A DNA stretch of 64,000 bases, taken from contig JAJEBG010000051.1 of NCBI GenBank assembly GCA_022824005.1, positions 5,143-69,142 of the forward strand, given 5' to 3'. Below, one piece after another: positions 41,236 to 51,014 of the stretch. Numbering within the stretch: the stretch's first letter is position 1; each line of letters opens with the position of its first letter. Under the pieces are notes generated by a model that worked only from the letters and a program-made list of their open reading frames with translations, was not told the DNA's origin and searched no databases. Source of the stretch: Paracoccaceae bacterium. GTDB lineage: Bacteria; Pseudomonadota; Alphaproteobacteria; Rhodobacterales; Rhodobacteraceae. Position numbers and translations under genes: made by a program.

Positions 41236-41682
41236 ATGTCATCAATCCTCATTGCCAATGGCCCCAATATCAACTTGCTTGGCACTCGCCAGCCACACAT
41301 CTATGGCACGGCGTCTCTCAAAGATATCGAATCTCTGTGTCGCGAACGGGCAACTCATTATCAATTATCTCTCGAATGTATTCAGTCCAATCACGAAGGA
41401 GAATTGGTTGACGCCATTCAAGGGGCCCACGGTCGCCATAATGGCATCGTGATCAACCCGGCGGCTTTTACCCATACGTCGATTGCTATTCATGATGCTT
41501 TGACCGCCACAGGTCTGCCGATCATTGAGGTTCATCTGTCGAATATATTTCAACGCGAAAATTTTCGCACCCATTCGTATGTCTCACCGATCGCCGACGG
41601 CGTGATTTGTGGATTGGGACCTGAAGGTTATGGGCTTGCCATTGACGCCCTCGCGAAGATTATTGAGGCGCGAGAGTCATAA
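41236..41682 (+). CDS. aroQ: Type II 3-dehydroquinate dehydratase
   Basis: 148 aa; ILIANGPNINLLGTRQPHIYG...INPAAFTHTSIAIHDAL...IEVHLSNI are AroQ signatures. Confidence 0.96.
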   Translation: MSSILIANGPNINLLGTRQPHIYGTASLKDIESLCRERATHYQLSLECIQSNHEGELVDAIQGAHGRHNGIVINPAAFTHTSIAIHDALTATGLPIIEVHLSNIFQRENFRTHSYVSPIADGVICGLGPEGYGLAIDALAKIIEARES

Positions 41683-42507
41683 TCAGTTGGCCCCGACCCG
41701 CATATACAAAAAGCCGGTGATCTTGAGACCGCCGTCATCGGCGGCCTGTTCGACTGAAATATTGGGATCCATGACGAATTTCTGATTCAACAAAGTCTCA
41801 TTCTGGAAGAATTTTCGCATCCCGCCGTCAACAATTTTATCAATAATTTGAGGCGGTTTGCCTGTGGATTGGGCAATTTCAGCCAAGACTTGCCGCTCCC
41901 GTTTGACACGGTCGGAGGGCGTATCTTCCTCACAAAGCGCGATGGGGTTGGATGCCGCCACATGCATCGCCAGTTTTCGTCCCAACCCGTCCGTGTCATC
42001 TCCCTCAAAAGCGACCAAAACACCGATCTTTCCGACCCCGGGGGCCGCTTCATTGTGGACATAACTTGCGATCTTTTGGCCAGAAATTTTTGTCAAGCGA
42101 CGGATGGCCATATTTTCACCGAGGGAGGCGATCTCAGAGGACAGATGATCACTCACTCTCCCCTCGCCCATTTTTGACTCCATGAGTTGTTCTAAATCTT
42201 TGACCAATAAGGCCTGTTGAGCCATTTTTTGGACAAATCCACAAAACTGGCTGTTCTTGGCGACAAAGTCGGTTTCAGAGTTAACTTCAATCAAAACACC
42301 CAACTCGCCATCAACCGCCACACCAATTTGACCTTCCTCGGTCGTGCGCCCCGTCTTTTTGGCGGCCTTGGCGATACCTTTGGTGCGCAACCAATCAACC
42401 GCCGCTTCAATATCACCATCGGTTTCCACCAGGGCTTTTTTGGCATCCATAATGCCGGCACCCGTTTGGGTACGTAATTCTTTGACCATCGCAGCCGAAA
42501 CGGGCAT
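41683..42507 (-). CDS. tsf: Translation elongation factor Ts
   Basis: Start set at MPVSAAMVKELRTQTGAGIMDAKKAL (42507), a canonical EF-Ts N-terminus. The ORF track extends to 42528. Confidence 0.95.
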   Translation of the reverse strand: MPVSAAMVKELRTQTGAGIMDAKKALVETDGDIEAAVDWLRTKGIAKAAKKTGRTTEEGQIGVAVDGELGVLIEVNSETDFVAKNSQFCGFVQKMAQQALLVKDLEQLMESKMGEGRVSDHLSSEIASLGENMAIRRLTKISGQKIASYVHNEAAPGVGKIGVLVAFEGDDTDGLGRKLAMHVAASNPIALCEEDTPSDRVKRERQVLAEIAQSTGKPPQIIDKIVDGGMRKFFQNETLLNQKFVMDPNISVEQAADDGGLKITGFLYMRVGAN

Positions 42508-42560
42508 TTTATGATCTCCTTTTGTCATCCAATGATTGTCTGTGGACTGTGAGCCGACCT

Positions 42561-43526
42561 TTACGCACTCTTGCCGCTAGCTGTGGGCTCTGCGTCTACG
42601 TCCCCCGCTGATTCCTCAGCCAAAATGGGCTCCTGCCCGTCATCCGATGAATCTGTTGATTTCGCTTTTTGATCATCTGTTGATGGGGCGTTATCTGTGG
42701 CTGGCTCCGTCACTGGCGCGGCGCCCTCCTCAGCCGCGGGTTCTATCTCATCGTCTGAAGCATTGCCGGTATCGGTTGAGAGCATGTCTTCATTATCAAC
42801 CACTTCACCCAAGTCTTGTCCTTGGGCGCTGATTTCCTGTTGCAGTCCTGCAATAGCCGCGCGTGACATCAAATCGCAATAGAGAGCGATCGCTCGGGCC
42901 GCGTCGTCATTGCCGGGGATAATATGCTCAATATCATGCGGCGCACAATTGGTATCGACGACGGCAATGACCGGAATCTTGAGTTTGGCCGCTTCCGCGA
43001 TAGCGATCGCCTCCTTGTTGACATCAATCACAAAGAGAAGTGATGGCAGCCCTTTCATGGCCCGAATTCCGCCGAGCGATGCCTGCAGTTTGGCTTGCTC
43101 GCGCTGCATTCCCAAACGTTCTTTCTTGGTTAAACCCTCCACACCGGCTTCTAATTTTTCGTCGATGCTATTTAATCGTTGAATCGAATTAGAGACGGTT
43201 TTCCAGTTGGTCAGAGTGCCGCCAAGCCAACGCTGGTTGATATAAAATTGTGCGCTCGCGACAGCCGCGTCTTTGATCGACTTTTGCGCTTGTCGTTTGG
43301 TGCCAACGAATAGGATATTGCCTCCTTCGGAGACCGTTTTAATGACCGTCTTCAAGGCCAAATCAAGCATCGGCACCGTTTTGGTGAGATCAATGATGTG
43401 AATCCCATTTCTTTTGCTATGGATGAATTCGGCCATCAATGGATTCCAACGATGGGCTTGGTGACCATAATGCACCCCTGCCTCAATCAGCTGGCGCATT
43501 GAGAATTCAGGTGTTGACGACATCTC
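42561..43526 (-). CDS. rpsB: 30S ribosomal protein S2 with a roughly 75-aa acidic C-terminal extension
   Basis: Start at [28 protein letters not shown] (43526) with AAGGAG upstream. Canonical S2 core. The tail is rich in D/E/A/S/T. Confidence 0.95.
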   Translation of the reverse strand, partial: EMSSTPEFSMRQLIEAGVHYGHQAHRWNPLMAEFIHSKRNGIHIIDLTKTVPMLDLALKTVIKTVSEGGNILFVGTKRQAQKSIKDAAVASAQFYINQRWLGGTLTNWKTVSNSIQRLNSIDEKLEAGVEGLTKKERLGMQREQAKLQASLGGIRAMKGLPSLLFVIDVNKEAIAIAEAAKLKIPVIAVVDTNCAPHDIEHIIPGNDDAARAIALYCDLMSRAAIAGLQQEISAQGQDLGEVVDNEDMLSTDTGNASDDEIEPAAEEGAAPVTEPATDNAPSTDDQKAKSTDSSDDGQEPILAEESAGDVDAEPTASGKSA

Positions 43527-43871
43527 GTCTCCTTTCCGGTTTAGGCCTCGACGGGGTTGCAGAATTTTCATCCAACCGGAGGACAGTATCGACCCTTGTC
43601 GGCCTATACGCCCGATCCCCGTCTGTGAATTGATGTATGCTCATTAGACAGATGTGTCGCCATTGGCAAGTTATCTTTTTGGATGGGCATCTCTAAAGGT
43701 TAAGAAAAAAATTGACTTGAAAGCATCGTCGACCGCCGCGCTCAATAAAGTCCACAATTTGCGTTTTTGCTCGCCGCAAATTCGTATGGAATTTTGATGA
43801 ATCGGTTTATATGATCATAAAATGTTTCTCAAAAGAGACGCAGAATTATCTCATCTTTGGCTTGAGGGGGC

Positions 43872-44522
43872 ATGATGAGGCTTTTGGCTTGGCTTCGTGC
43901 TAACTTTCTGACGGGACTGGTGGTCGTCGCCCCGGTGGGATTGACGATCTATATTGTTTGGACCGTCATCGCTATCATCGACTCTTGGGTGTTACCGTTG
44001 ATCCCAGCGCCCTACCAGCCCGAGACGGTGTTTGGTTTTGATATTCGCGGTGTCGGTCTGATCATCTTTGTCACCTTTACCGTCATCATTGGTTATGTAG
44101 CCAAGGGTCTGCTAGGTCGGTGGATACTCTTTCAAGGTGAAATGCTTGTATCACGAATGCCGATCGTGCGGTCGGTTTATCGCGGTATCAAGCAAATTGC
44201 CGAGGCCATCGTCGATAAATCGGCCATGTCTTTTGATCGCGTGTGCCTTGTTGAATATCCTCGCAAAGAGGCTTGGGCCATCGCCTTTTATTCTAACGAT
44301 GCCCAGTCGGAAATACGTGATTGTCTTGGGGAGCGGGGGAAGATGATCAGTGTTTTCGTTCCCACAACCCCCAACCCCACGTCTGGTTTCCTTTTGTTTG
44401 TTCCTGAGGATGACGTCTTCTACCTCGACATGTCCGTTGAGGACGCGGCGAAACTCGTCATCTCGGCGGGACTAGTTTATCCCGCAACGCCGCGCGAGAT
44501 TACTTCCCGTTCGAAACGCTGA
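43872..44522 (+). CDS. DUF502-family membrane protein
   Basis: 216 aa; MMRLLAWLRANFLTGLVVVAPVGLTIYIVW... plus a second TM segment fits DUF502 architecture. Confidence 0.6.
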   Translation: MMRLLAWLRANFLTGLVVVAPVGLTIYIVWTVIAIIDSWVLPLIPAPYQPETVFGFDIRGVGLIIFVTFTVIIGYVAKGLLGRWILFQGEMLVSRMPIVRSVYRGIKQIAEAIVDKSAMSFDRVCLVEYPRKEAWAIAFYSNDAQSEIRDCLGERGKMISVFVPTTPNPTSGFLLFVPEDDVFYLDMSVEDAAKLVISAGLVYPATPREITSRSKR

Positions 44523-44541
44523 TACGCTTATCCTGTGGGCG

Positions 44542-46371
44542 TTATTTCTCGTACCACCAGACATCCGGCATAAAGCCGATCCAGTCGCCATACACTGGCA
44601 ATTTATTAGGATAGGTCAATTCGCTGCGATGGGCGATTCGAGAAAAATCCGAGTACCAGACGGGAATAACAAATCGCCCGGTGGTGAGGATGCGGTCCAA
44701 CGCCCGGACGGCGGCAACAAAATCTTCTTGGGCCCGTGCTTCAAGCATCGCATTTATCATGCCATCGACCGCCGAGCTCTGCACCCCCATCCAATTTCTT
44801 GAGCCGGGTTCGTCAGCGACCTCGCTTCCCCAGTAAAGCCGTTGTTCGTTACCGGGGCTGAGCGACATGGCGCGTCGATACCAAGCCATGTCAAAATCGT
44901 AATTGTTGGTCAAATCGCGATATTGGGCGCTATCAATAACGGTGAGTTTGATGTCAATTCCCAATCTCAATAGAGCTTCGGCATAAATATTGGCGATCGC
45001 TAAAGTGTCATTAGAACCCTGAACAAGCAGAATTTCGAAAGTGAAAGCTTCACCTTGTGAGTTGCGCATCACCCCTTTCTCGTCAATGACCCAGCCGGCC
45101 TCTTCAAAACGTGCAATGGCCTTCCGAATGTTGGCTCGATTGCGGTCACTTCCATCTGACTTTGGTAATTCATAGCCTTCCAATGCGCCGGGCAGTAATG
45201 TGCCATCCGTCGTCATCTCAAGAAGTTGCTTGACCCGGCCCTCAGCAGGGCCTTGTCGCATTCCCAAAACAGAGTTCGAAAAATAGGATTGGATTCGGGG
45301 CTGTTTGCCGTCGTTCAATGTATTGTTGATAAATTCAAAATTGAACGCGTGAATCAAGGCATCTCGAACGCGCCAATCCTTGAAGATGTCGCGACGGGTA
45401 TTGAAAACAAATCCCCGGATGCCCGAGGGACGTTGGTGCGGAATGATCGTTTTTTTGACCCTGCCTTCGTTGAGCGCAGGAAAATTATATTGATTCTCCC
45501 ACTTTGCTGCGTTCCACTCGCGGAAAAGGTCAATTTCGCCCGCCTTGAAGGCTTCAAAGACAACGCCCCCATCACCAAAATATTCGTATCGATAAGAGTC
45601 GAAATTGTGGCGTCCTCGATTATAACCTAGATCATTGCCCCAGTAATTGGGATCCCGTTTGAAGGATAAATATCGACCTGTTTCAAAATCGGAGAGGATA
45701 TAGGGGCCTGATCCGATTGGCACATCAATGGAACTGTCTTCAAAGTTCCTCCCCTCCCAATCGGCTTTGCGAAGGACCGGGCGCAGGCCAATGATCAGAG
45801 GCAATTCTCTGTCCACAGTATTAAAGGTGAATTTGATGGAGCGTGGCCCGGTTTTTTCCATCTTGTCAATTTTGGTCCAAGCGGTGCGATAACGGGGGTG
45901 GCCTTTCTCTCCAAGCGTCTCGAAAGACCACATGACATCTTCAATGGTGACGGGAGTGCCGTCCGAGAATTTGGCTTCTTCTCTCAGAGTGAACGCGACC
46001 CAATCTCGATTCTCATTGGTTTCAATAGACTCCGCTAGAAGACCGTAGAGGGCGAACGGTTCGTCCCAGTTTCTCCCCATCAAAGATTCGTAAACCAAAC
46101 TGCGAATCATCCATGGAGCTCGGCCTTTGACGATCCAGGGATTGAGTGAGTCGAATGAACCTGAAAATCCGAAGGCAATTGTGCCACCTTGTGGCGCATC
46201 TGGATTGGCGTAAGGAAGCGATTCGTAACCGTCTGGCAAAGCGGGCTCTCCATACATCGCGATTCCATGTCGCGGGGCAGAATTGGTCGATGATGCGATC
46301 GCAAGAGCGGTGATGAAAATTCCGGCGCAAGTTTTCCAATTTCGGTTTCGCGTCCATTCTGTTTGTAACAT
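44542..46371 (-). CDS. ABC transporter substrate-binding protein, family 5 (peptide/opine/YejA-like), orphan
   Basis: 609 aa with a signal peptide (WKTCAGIFITALAIASSTNSA) and family-5 SBP-like sequence throughout. No permease or ATPase genes are adjacent. Confidence 0.8.
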   Translation of the reverse strand: MLQTEWTRNRNWKTCAGIFITALAIASSTNSAPRHGIAMYGEPALPDGYESLPYANPDAPQGGTIAFGFSGSFDSLNPWIVKGRAPWMIRSLVYESLMGRNWDEPFALYGLLAESIETNENRDWVAFTLREEAKFSDGTPVTIEDVMWSFETLGEKGHPRYRTAWTKIDKMEKTGPRSIKFTFNTVDRELPLIIGLRPVLRKADWEGRNFEDSSIDVPIGSGPYILSDFETGRYLSFKRDPNYWGNDLGYNRGRHNFDSYRYEYFGDGGVVFEAFKAGEIDLFREWNAAKWENQYNFPALNEGRVKKTIIPHQRPSGIRGFVFNTRRDIFKDWRVRDALIHAFNFEFINNTLNDGKQPRIQSYFSNSVLGMRQGPAEGRVKQLLEMTTDGTLLPGALEGYELPKSDGSDRNRANIRKAIARFEEAGWVIDEKGVMRNSQGEAFTFEILLVQGSNDTLAIANIYAEALLRLGIDIKLTVIDSAQYRDLTNNYDFDMAWYRRAMSLSPGNEQRLYWGSEVADEPGSRNWMGVQSSAVDGMINAMLEARAQEDFVAAVRALDRILTTGRFVIPVWYSDFSRIAHRSELTYPNKLPVYGDWIGFMPDVWWYEK

Positions 46372-46376
46372 TTTTG

Positions 46377-46579
46377 CAACAACCCTCAGTTAATTGTTGT
46401 ATGGTCTTCTATACAATTCGAATTGACTTGGAAATCGAGAAGTTTCGATCTAATTAGAACTCACTGCTCGAAAGGTTTCTTACCTGTATGAAACCTGCCT
46501 CATATTACTCAAGCGCCCGCTTCGGCGGGCGTTTTTTTTTGTGGATAATTGATTAAATTCAATTATTTGAGGGTTGTTG
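46377..46579. repeat. 12-bp long-range inverted repeat (CAACAACCCTCA at 46377-46388; TGAGGGTTGTTG at 46568-46579)
   Basis: Exact reverse complements about 180 bp apart. The left arm contains the complement of the SBP gene's GAGGG Shine-Dalgarno. Confidence 0.5.
46514..46540 (+). terminator. Orphan Rho-independent terminator (plus-strand orientation)
   Basis: CGCCCGC-TTCG-GCGGGCG is a 7-bp GC stem with a UUCG tetraloop, followed by T9. There is no plus-strand CDS upstream, because the neighbouring gene is on the minus strand. Confidence 0.75.
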
Positions 46580-46589
46580 AGAAAAAAAA

Positions 46590-46617
46590 GTTTAGTAAAT
46601 GGGATAATTTACTAAAC
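46590..46617. promoter_or_regulatory. Perfect 11-bp inverted repeat with a 6-bp spacer; candidate operator
   Basis: GTTTAGTAAAT-GGGATA-ATTTACTAAAC. It lies just upstream of a TTGACG-N16-TAGATT promoter-like pair (46625-46652). Confidence 0.4.
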
Positions 46618-46819
46618 TGTCGGCTTGACGGCCAATCTAAAACAATTAGATTCGATTAGGTTCATCGTTCTGACCCCAATGGGTCTTGCCATGAATGGTC
46701 ATCAAAGAAGCTGGTCAGAGATTGTTCATTCCATCCCCTCCCCGAGTCTTGATGAATCGTGAGAAATTTAATCAATCTGACGGTCGTGTCAGAATTGAGT
46801 GAAACAAGAGAATCACGCG

Positions 46820-47455
46820 ATGGATACAGATATTGAGATTGATATTTTTTCTGATCCTGTTTGCCCATGGTGTTACATCGGGAAAGCCCGATTAGAGAAA
46901 GCCATCAAGCAGATGCCCAAAATGACGTTCAAATTGTCATGGCGGGCTTTTCAGTTAAATCCCAATATGCCCTCACAAGGGATGAGCCGAGTTCGCTATT
47001 TGCAAACGAAATTTGGCAGTCTTCAAAACGCAGAAAGAATCTATGCGCCTTTACTTGAAGCCGCGGAACAAGAGGGACTTGTTCTAAATTTGGATGCGAT
47101 TCAAAGAATGCCCAACTCAATTAATGCCCAGCGGTTCATTTACTGGGCTGAGTCTCAAGGATATGTAGCGAGTGCACTTATTGAGGACTTTTTTGTCGGA
47201 TTTTTTACTGATGGGCTTGATATCGGAGAGACATCTGTCATTTTGGACATCGCCGAGAAAAGGGGAATTGACCGGCGAAGAACAAGCCAATTTCTCAATA
47301 ATGGTTCGGGACTTGATAAGATTACAAATGACGAGAAAGAAGCGCGTCGCCTCGGTATCAAAGGTGTCCCCTATTTCCGTGTCAATAATATGGATTTTGG
47401 TGTCAGTGGGGCGATTTCCGTGGCCTCATGGCATCAATATTTCCAGCAAATTTAA
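46820..47455 (+). CDS. DsbA-family oxidoreductase (FrnE / 2-hydroxychromene-2-carboxylate isomerase-like)
   Basis: Start set at MDTDIEIDIFSDPVCPWCYIGKARLEKAI (46820), which carries a CPWC thioredoxin-fold motif. The ORF track starts at 46799. Confidence 0.85.
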   Translation: MDTDIEIDIFSDPVCPWCYIGKARLEKAIKQMPKMTFKLSWRAFQLNPNMPSQGMSRVRYLQTKFGSLQNAERIYAPLLEAAEQEGLVLNLDAIQRMPNSINAQRFIYWAESQGYVASALIEDFFVGFFTDGLDIGETSVILDIAEKRGIDRRRTSQFLNNGSGLDKITNDEKEARRLGIKGVPYFRVNNMDFGVSGAISVASWHQYFQQI

Positions 47456-50400
47456 CGTTGTCCGTCGGCGGCGATTTTGGCGATATGAGCCGAGAGTTTG
47501 ATCGCGCCCTGTGTTCGGTCGCTTGGATTTTGCCAATCTCGTTGGAGAACCAACTTATTATTTCGAACCGTTGCCCGCCCCTGCTGCTGGCCAATAAATG
47601 CGACCAAGCCCTCGGTATTTGAAAATTTATCATTGTGGAATTCCACCGTGGCCCCTTTAGGGCCGGCATCAAATTTGGCGATTCCGGCTTGTTTACACTG
47701 CAATTTAATGTGGACAATTTGGAGCAAGGCTTCCACCTCTTCAGGCAACGGGCCAAATCGATCGATCAATTCCGCGCCATACCCCTCAACTTCGTTTCGT
47801 GTGTTGAGATGACCCATGCGGCGGTAAAGGCCAAGTCGAACATTGAGATCGGCGACAAAGGTTTCAGGAATTCGGGCTGGTACATGTAAGTTGATTTGTG
47901 GTGAGACCGCTCGGCCTTCGCTGCTCGGCGACGCGTCGGTCTTTAGGCTCGCGACCGCCTCGGCCAACAATTTCTGATAGAGCTCAATGCCAATTTCACG
48001 AATGTGACCGGACTGTTCGTGGCCTAATAAATTGCCCCCGCCCCGCATATCCAAATCTTGTGCCGCGAGGCTAAATCCAGCACCGAGTGTGTCCAACCCT
48101 TGCAGAACGTCAAACCGTCGTCGTGCCCCGCCGGTCAAGGGCGACCGCGCATTGTAGGTGATGTAAGCGTAAGCGCGAATGCCTGAACGGCCCACACGAC
48201 CTCGAATTTGATAAAGTTGTGCGATTCCAAACCGGTCAGCTCGCATAATGATCATGGTATTGGCGTTGGGGATATCGATGCCTGACGCGATGATAGTGGT
48301 CGATAACAGGACCTGATATCGGCCATTATAAAATTCATAGACTCGCTCTTCCATTTCGCTTCGAGATTGTTGACCATGAGCCACTGTAAAAGAAATGTTT
48401 GGAACATATTGTGTCATAAAATCAATGGCATCGGGCAAGTCTTTGACACGAGGAACAACGATGAAAGTTTGGCCATTACGGCTCGCTTCATGCAGAATGG
48501 CCGATCGGAGAGTGATGGGGTCTGACTCCATGACATAGGTGCGGATGGCTAGACGGTCGACGGGCGGGGTTGAAATGATGGAAAGATCTCGTACGCCCGA
48601 CAATCCCATTTGGAGACTGCGGGGGATGGGTGTCGCAGTCAGCGACATGACATGTGAAGTGGTACGAAGTTCTTTCAGTCTTTCCTTTTGCTCCACACCA
48701 AAACTTTGCTCCTCATCAATAATGATGAGACCGAGACGACGAAAACTGATGGACCGGTTGAGAAGAGCATGAGTCCCGATGACAATGTCGCAATGGCCAT
48801 CTGACATTTCTCGTTTGATAAGGGCGGCCTCATCACGATCGGTATGACGTGAGAGTTGTCGTAAGTTGACGGGAAACCCCGCGAGCCGGTCTCTAAAGGT
48901 CTCATAATGCTGACGGACAAGCAAAGTTGTGGGTGCTAGCATAGCCACTTGCATACCATCCATAGCCGCCACAAAAGCAGCTCGCATGGCAATTTCAGTT
49001 TTGCCGAAGCCAACATCACCACAGATCAGGCGGTCCATGGGCCGCCCACTTTGTAAGTCTTTAAGAACGTCATCAATGGCTTGCGCTTGATCGTCGGTTT
49101 CAGTGAATGGAAACCGGGCGATAAAAGAATCCCATGAAGAATTTTCGGGTCTCAAGACGGCGGCCTCTTGAAGCGATCTTGCGGCCGCGACACGAAGAAG
49201 CCCCTCGGCCACGTTGAGAAGATTCTTCTTCATTCGCGCCTTGCGCTCTTGCCAGTTGGCCATTCCCAATCTGTCGAGACGCGCCTCATTTGAGCCAAAT
49301 TTTGTCAGAAGATCGATATTCACAACGGGAAGAAAAAGCCGAGCGTCTCCAGCATATTCGATTTCGGCACAATCATAGGCCACATTGCCCGCATAAATGG
49401 TTTTCAAGCCATGATATCGGCCAATCCCATTATCCTCATGGACAACCAATTCGCCCGGCAAGAATCCATTCGCTTCCGCCATCAATTGCGAAGACGATCT
49501 CCGTTTTGAAGCGGTGCGAATTAATTTCTCACCAAAAATATCCTGCTCCGAGATTATCGCCAAATCAGGGCTTACGAATCCATGTTCAATCCCAAAAACG
49601 GCAAGGAAAATACCGGAAAACTCATTGTTGATTTGTGAATAGCTACTGATGTCGGATGTCTTGAGACCGGCATCGGTCAACATCGAAGCAAAGCGGGCGC
49701 GCGAGCCATTCGTCCAACAGGCAATGCAAACCGGCCGGGTTCTACCAAGCTCAATGAGATGATCGGTCACGCTTTTGATAAACGGCGAATCATTCGGCGC
49801 GCGTGGCTGGGTAAACTGACGCCCCACATGACCATTGGCATTGATCACGTTTGACCCCATCGGGTGTGAGACACCAACAAATTTTTTCACATGATACGAC
49901 TCAAGTCTGTTTTGTAGCGATTCAGGGGAAAGATACAGACAATCCGGGCTCAAGACGGGAGGGATAGAAGTCCCCCCTCTCCTAAGTTCCGCCCTCTCCT
50001 CGTAGAGAGACTGCAATTCATTCCAACGTCTCTTGGACAAAGTCTCGATACCATCATCCATGCAGACTATGGCATCGGGTAGAAAATCGAAAAGTGTCGC
50101 CAGAGTCTCATGAAAGTAAGGCAACCAGTTTTCGATACCAGGAAACTTGAGCCCCTCGGAAACCGCTTGATAAACTCTGTCATCAGAATGGGCGGCGCCA
50201 AAGGTCACACGGAATCGTCGTCGAAAACGGGCAATTGACTCGTCGGTTAGGGCAAATTCGGCGTCCAATCCTATATGGATTGACGTCTCGCGGCCCACTG
50301 TCATTTGTGTCTCGGGGTCGAAACGTCGAATGCCGTCAAGTCGATTCCCAAAAAAATCCAATCGCAACGGTTGGTTTTCGCCAGCTGGAAACACATCTAG

Positions 50401-50949
50401 AATGCCGCCACGGATCGCATATTCTCCCCGGCCATGAACATTTGGGCTTGCCATATAACCGGCATTTGAAAGGAATCGCTGCACCTCCCCTAAATCGAGA
50501 GTATCGCCCACTTTGGCGCAAAGGTCATGGTTTTTTAAGAATGGGGGCGGCGGAGTCCGCTGTAAGACGGAATTCAAGGTCGTGAGCACGATTCGCCGTC
50601 GTTGCGAACGCGGATTTTGTGCGAGTTCAGTCAAGCTAGCCGTACGGCGGGATATCACGTCGGCATTGGGTGAAATCTTGCTGAAGGGTGGGCAATCCCA
50701 AGCTGGAAAGTCCATTATCTGATCATTCGGGGCAAAAAATTTCATAGCTTCGCGAGTGGTTGCCATACGGCGGTCATCGCGGGCAATATGAAGAATTGTC
50801 AGGCCCGATTCGGCTGCAAGCTCAGCCATCAGTTGGGCATCAAAGCCCTCTGGAGCCCCGCTGATGATGGTCTTGAAGTGAAGATTATTGAGCATCAATG
50901 GTATTGATCCCATGACCCATTGGATTGGACGAAAAAAGACAAAAACCAT
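47452..50949 (-). CDS. mfd: Transcription-repair coupling factor Mfd
   Basis: 1165 aa with an RNAP-interaction domain, an SF2 helicase/translocase (CGDVGFGKTE, DEEQSFGV) and a TRG motif region. Alternative starts are at 50913 and 50895. Confidence 0.96.
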   Translation of the reverse strand: MVFVFFRPIQWVMGSIPLMLNNLHFKTIISGAPEGFDAQLMAELAAESGLTILHIARDDRRMATTREAMKFFAPNDQIMDFPAWDCPPFSKISPNADVISRRTASLTELAQNPRSQRRRIVLTTLNSVLQRTPPPPFLKNHDLCAKVGDTLDLGEVQRFLSNAGYMASPNVHGRGEYAIRGGILDVFPAGENQPLRLDFFGNRLDGIRRFDPETQMTVGRETSIHIGLDAEFALTDESIARFRRRFRVTFGAAHSDDRVYQAVSEGLKFPGIENWLPYFHETLATLFDFLPDAIVCMDDGIETLSKRRWNELQSLYEERAELRRGGTSIPPVLSPDCLYLSPESLQNRLESYHVKKFVGVSHPMGSNVINANGHVGRQFTQPRAPNDSPFIKSVTDHLIELGRTRPVCIACWTNGSRARFASMLTDAGLKTSDISSYSQINNEFSGIFLAVFGIEHGFVSPDLAIISEQDIFGEKLIRTASKRRSSSQLMAEANGFLPGELVVHEDNGIGRYHGLKTIYAGNVAYDCAEIEYAGDARLFLPVVNIDLLTKFGSNEARLDRLGMANWQERKARMKKNLLNVAEGLLRVAAARSLQEAAVLRPENSSWDSFIARFPFTETDDQAQAIDDVLKDLQSGRPMDRLICGDVGFGKTEIAMRAAFVAAMDGMQVAMLAPTTLLVRQHYETFRDRLAGFPVNLRQLSRHTDRDEAALIKREMSDGHCDIVIGTHALLNRSISFRRLGLIIIDEEQSFGVEQKERLKELRTTSHVMSLTATPIPRSLQMGLSGVRDLSIISTPPVDRLAIRTYVMESDPITLRSAILHEASRNGQTFIVVPRVKDLPDAIDFMTQYVPNISFTVAHGQQSRSEMEERVYEFYNGRYQVLLSTTIIASGIDIPNANTMIIMRADRFGIAQLYQIRGRVGRSGIRAYAYITYNARSPLTGGARRRFDVLQGLDTLGAGFSLAAQDLDMRGGGNLLGHEQSGHIREIGIELYQKLLAEAVASLKTDASPSSEGRAVSPQINLHVPARIPETFVADLNVRLGLYRRMGHLNTRNEVEGYGAELIDRFGPLPEEVEALLQIVHIKLQCKQAGIAKFDAGPKGATVEFHNDKFSNTEGLVAFIGQQQGRATVRNNKLVLQRDWQNPSDRTQGAIKLSAHIAKIAADGQR

Positions 50950-51014
50950 TCCTCATTGGCGACTGGGTCAGTATATTAAGCGCTGGCACGTCATCATTTA
51001 GGAACAAGATCGGA

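Noticed and set aside
46377-46579. MITE interpretation of the 12-bp terminal inverted repeats.
   Set aside because: It is not rejected outright, but no target-site duplication flanks the repeats, and the left arm is the functional SD region of the SBP gene. It is kept only as an alternative within the finding.
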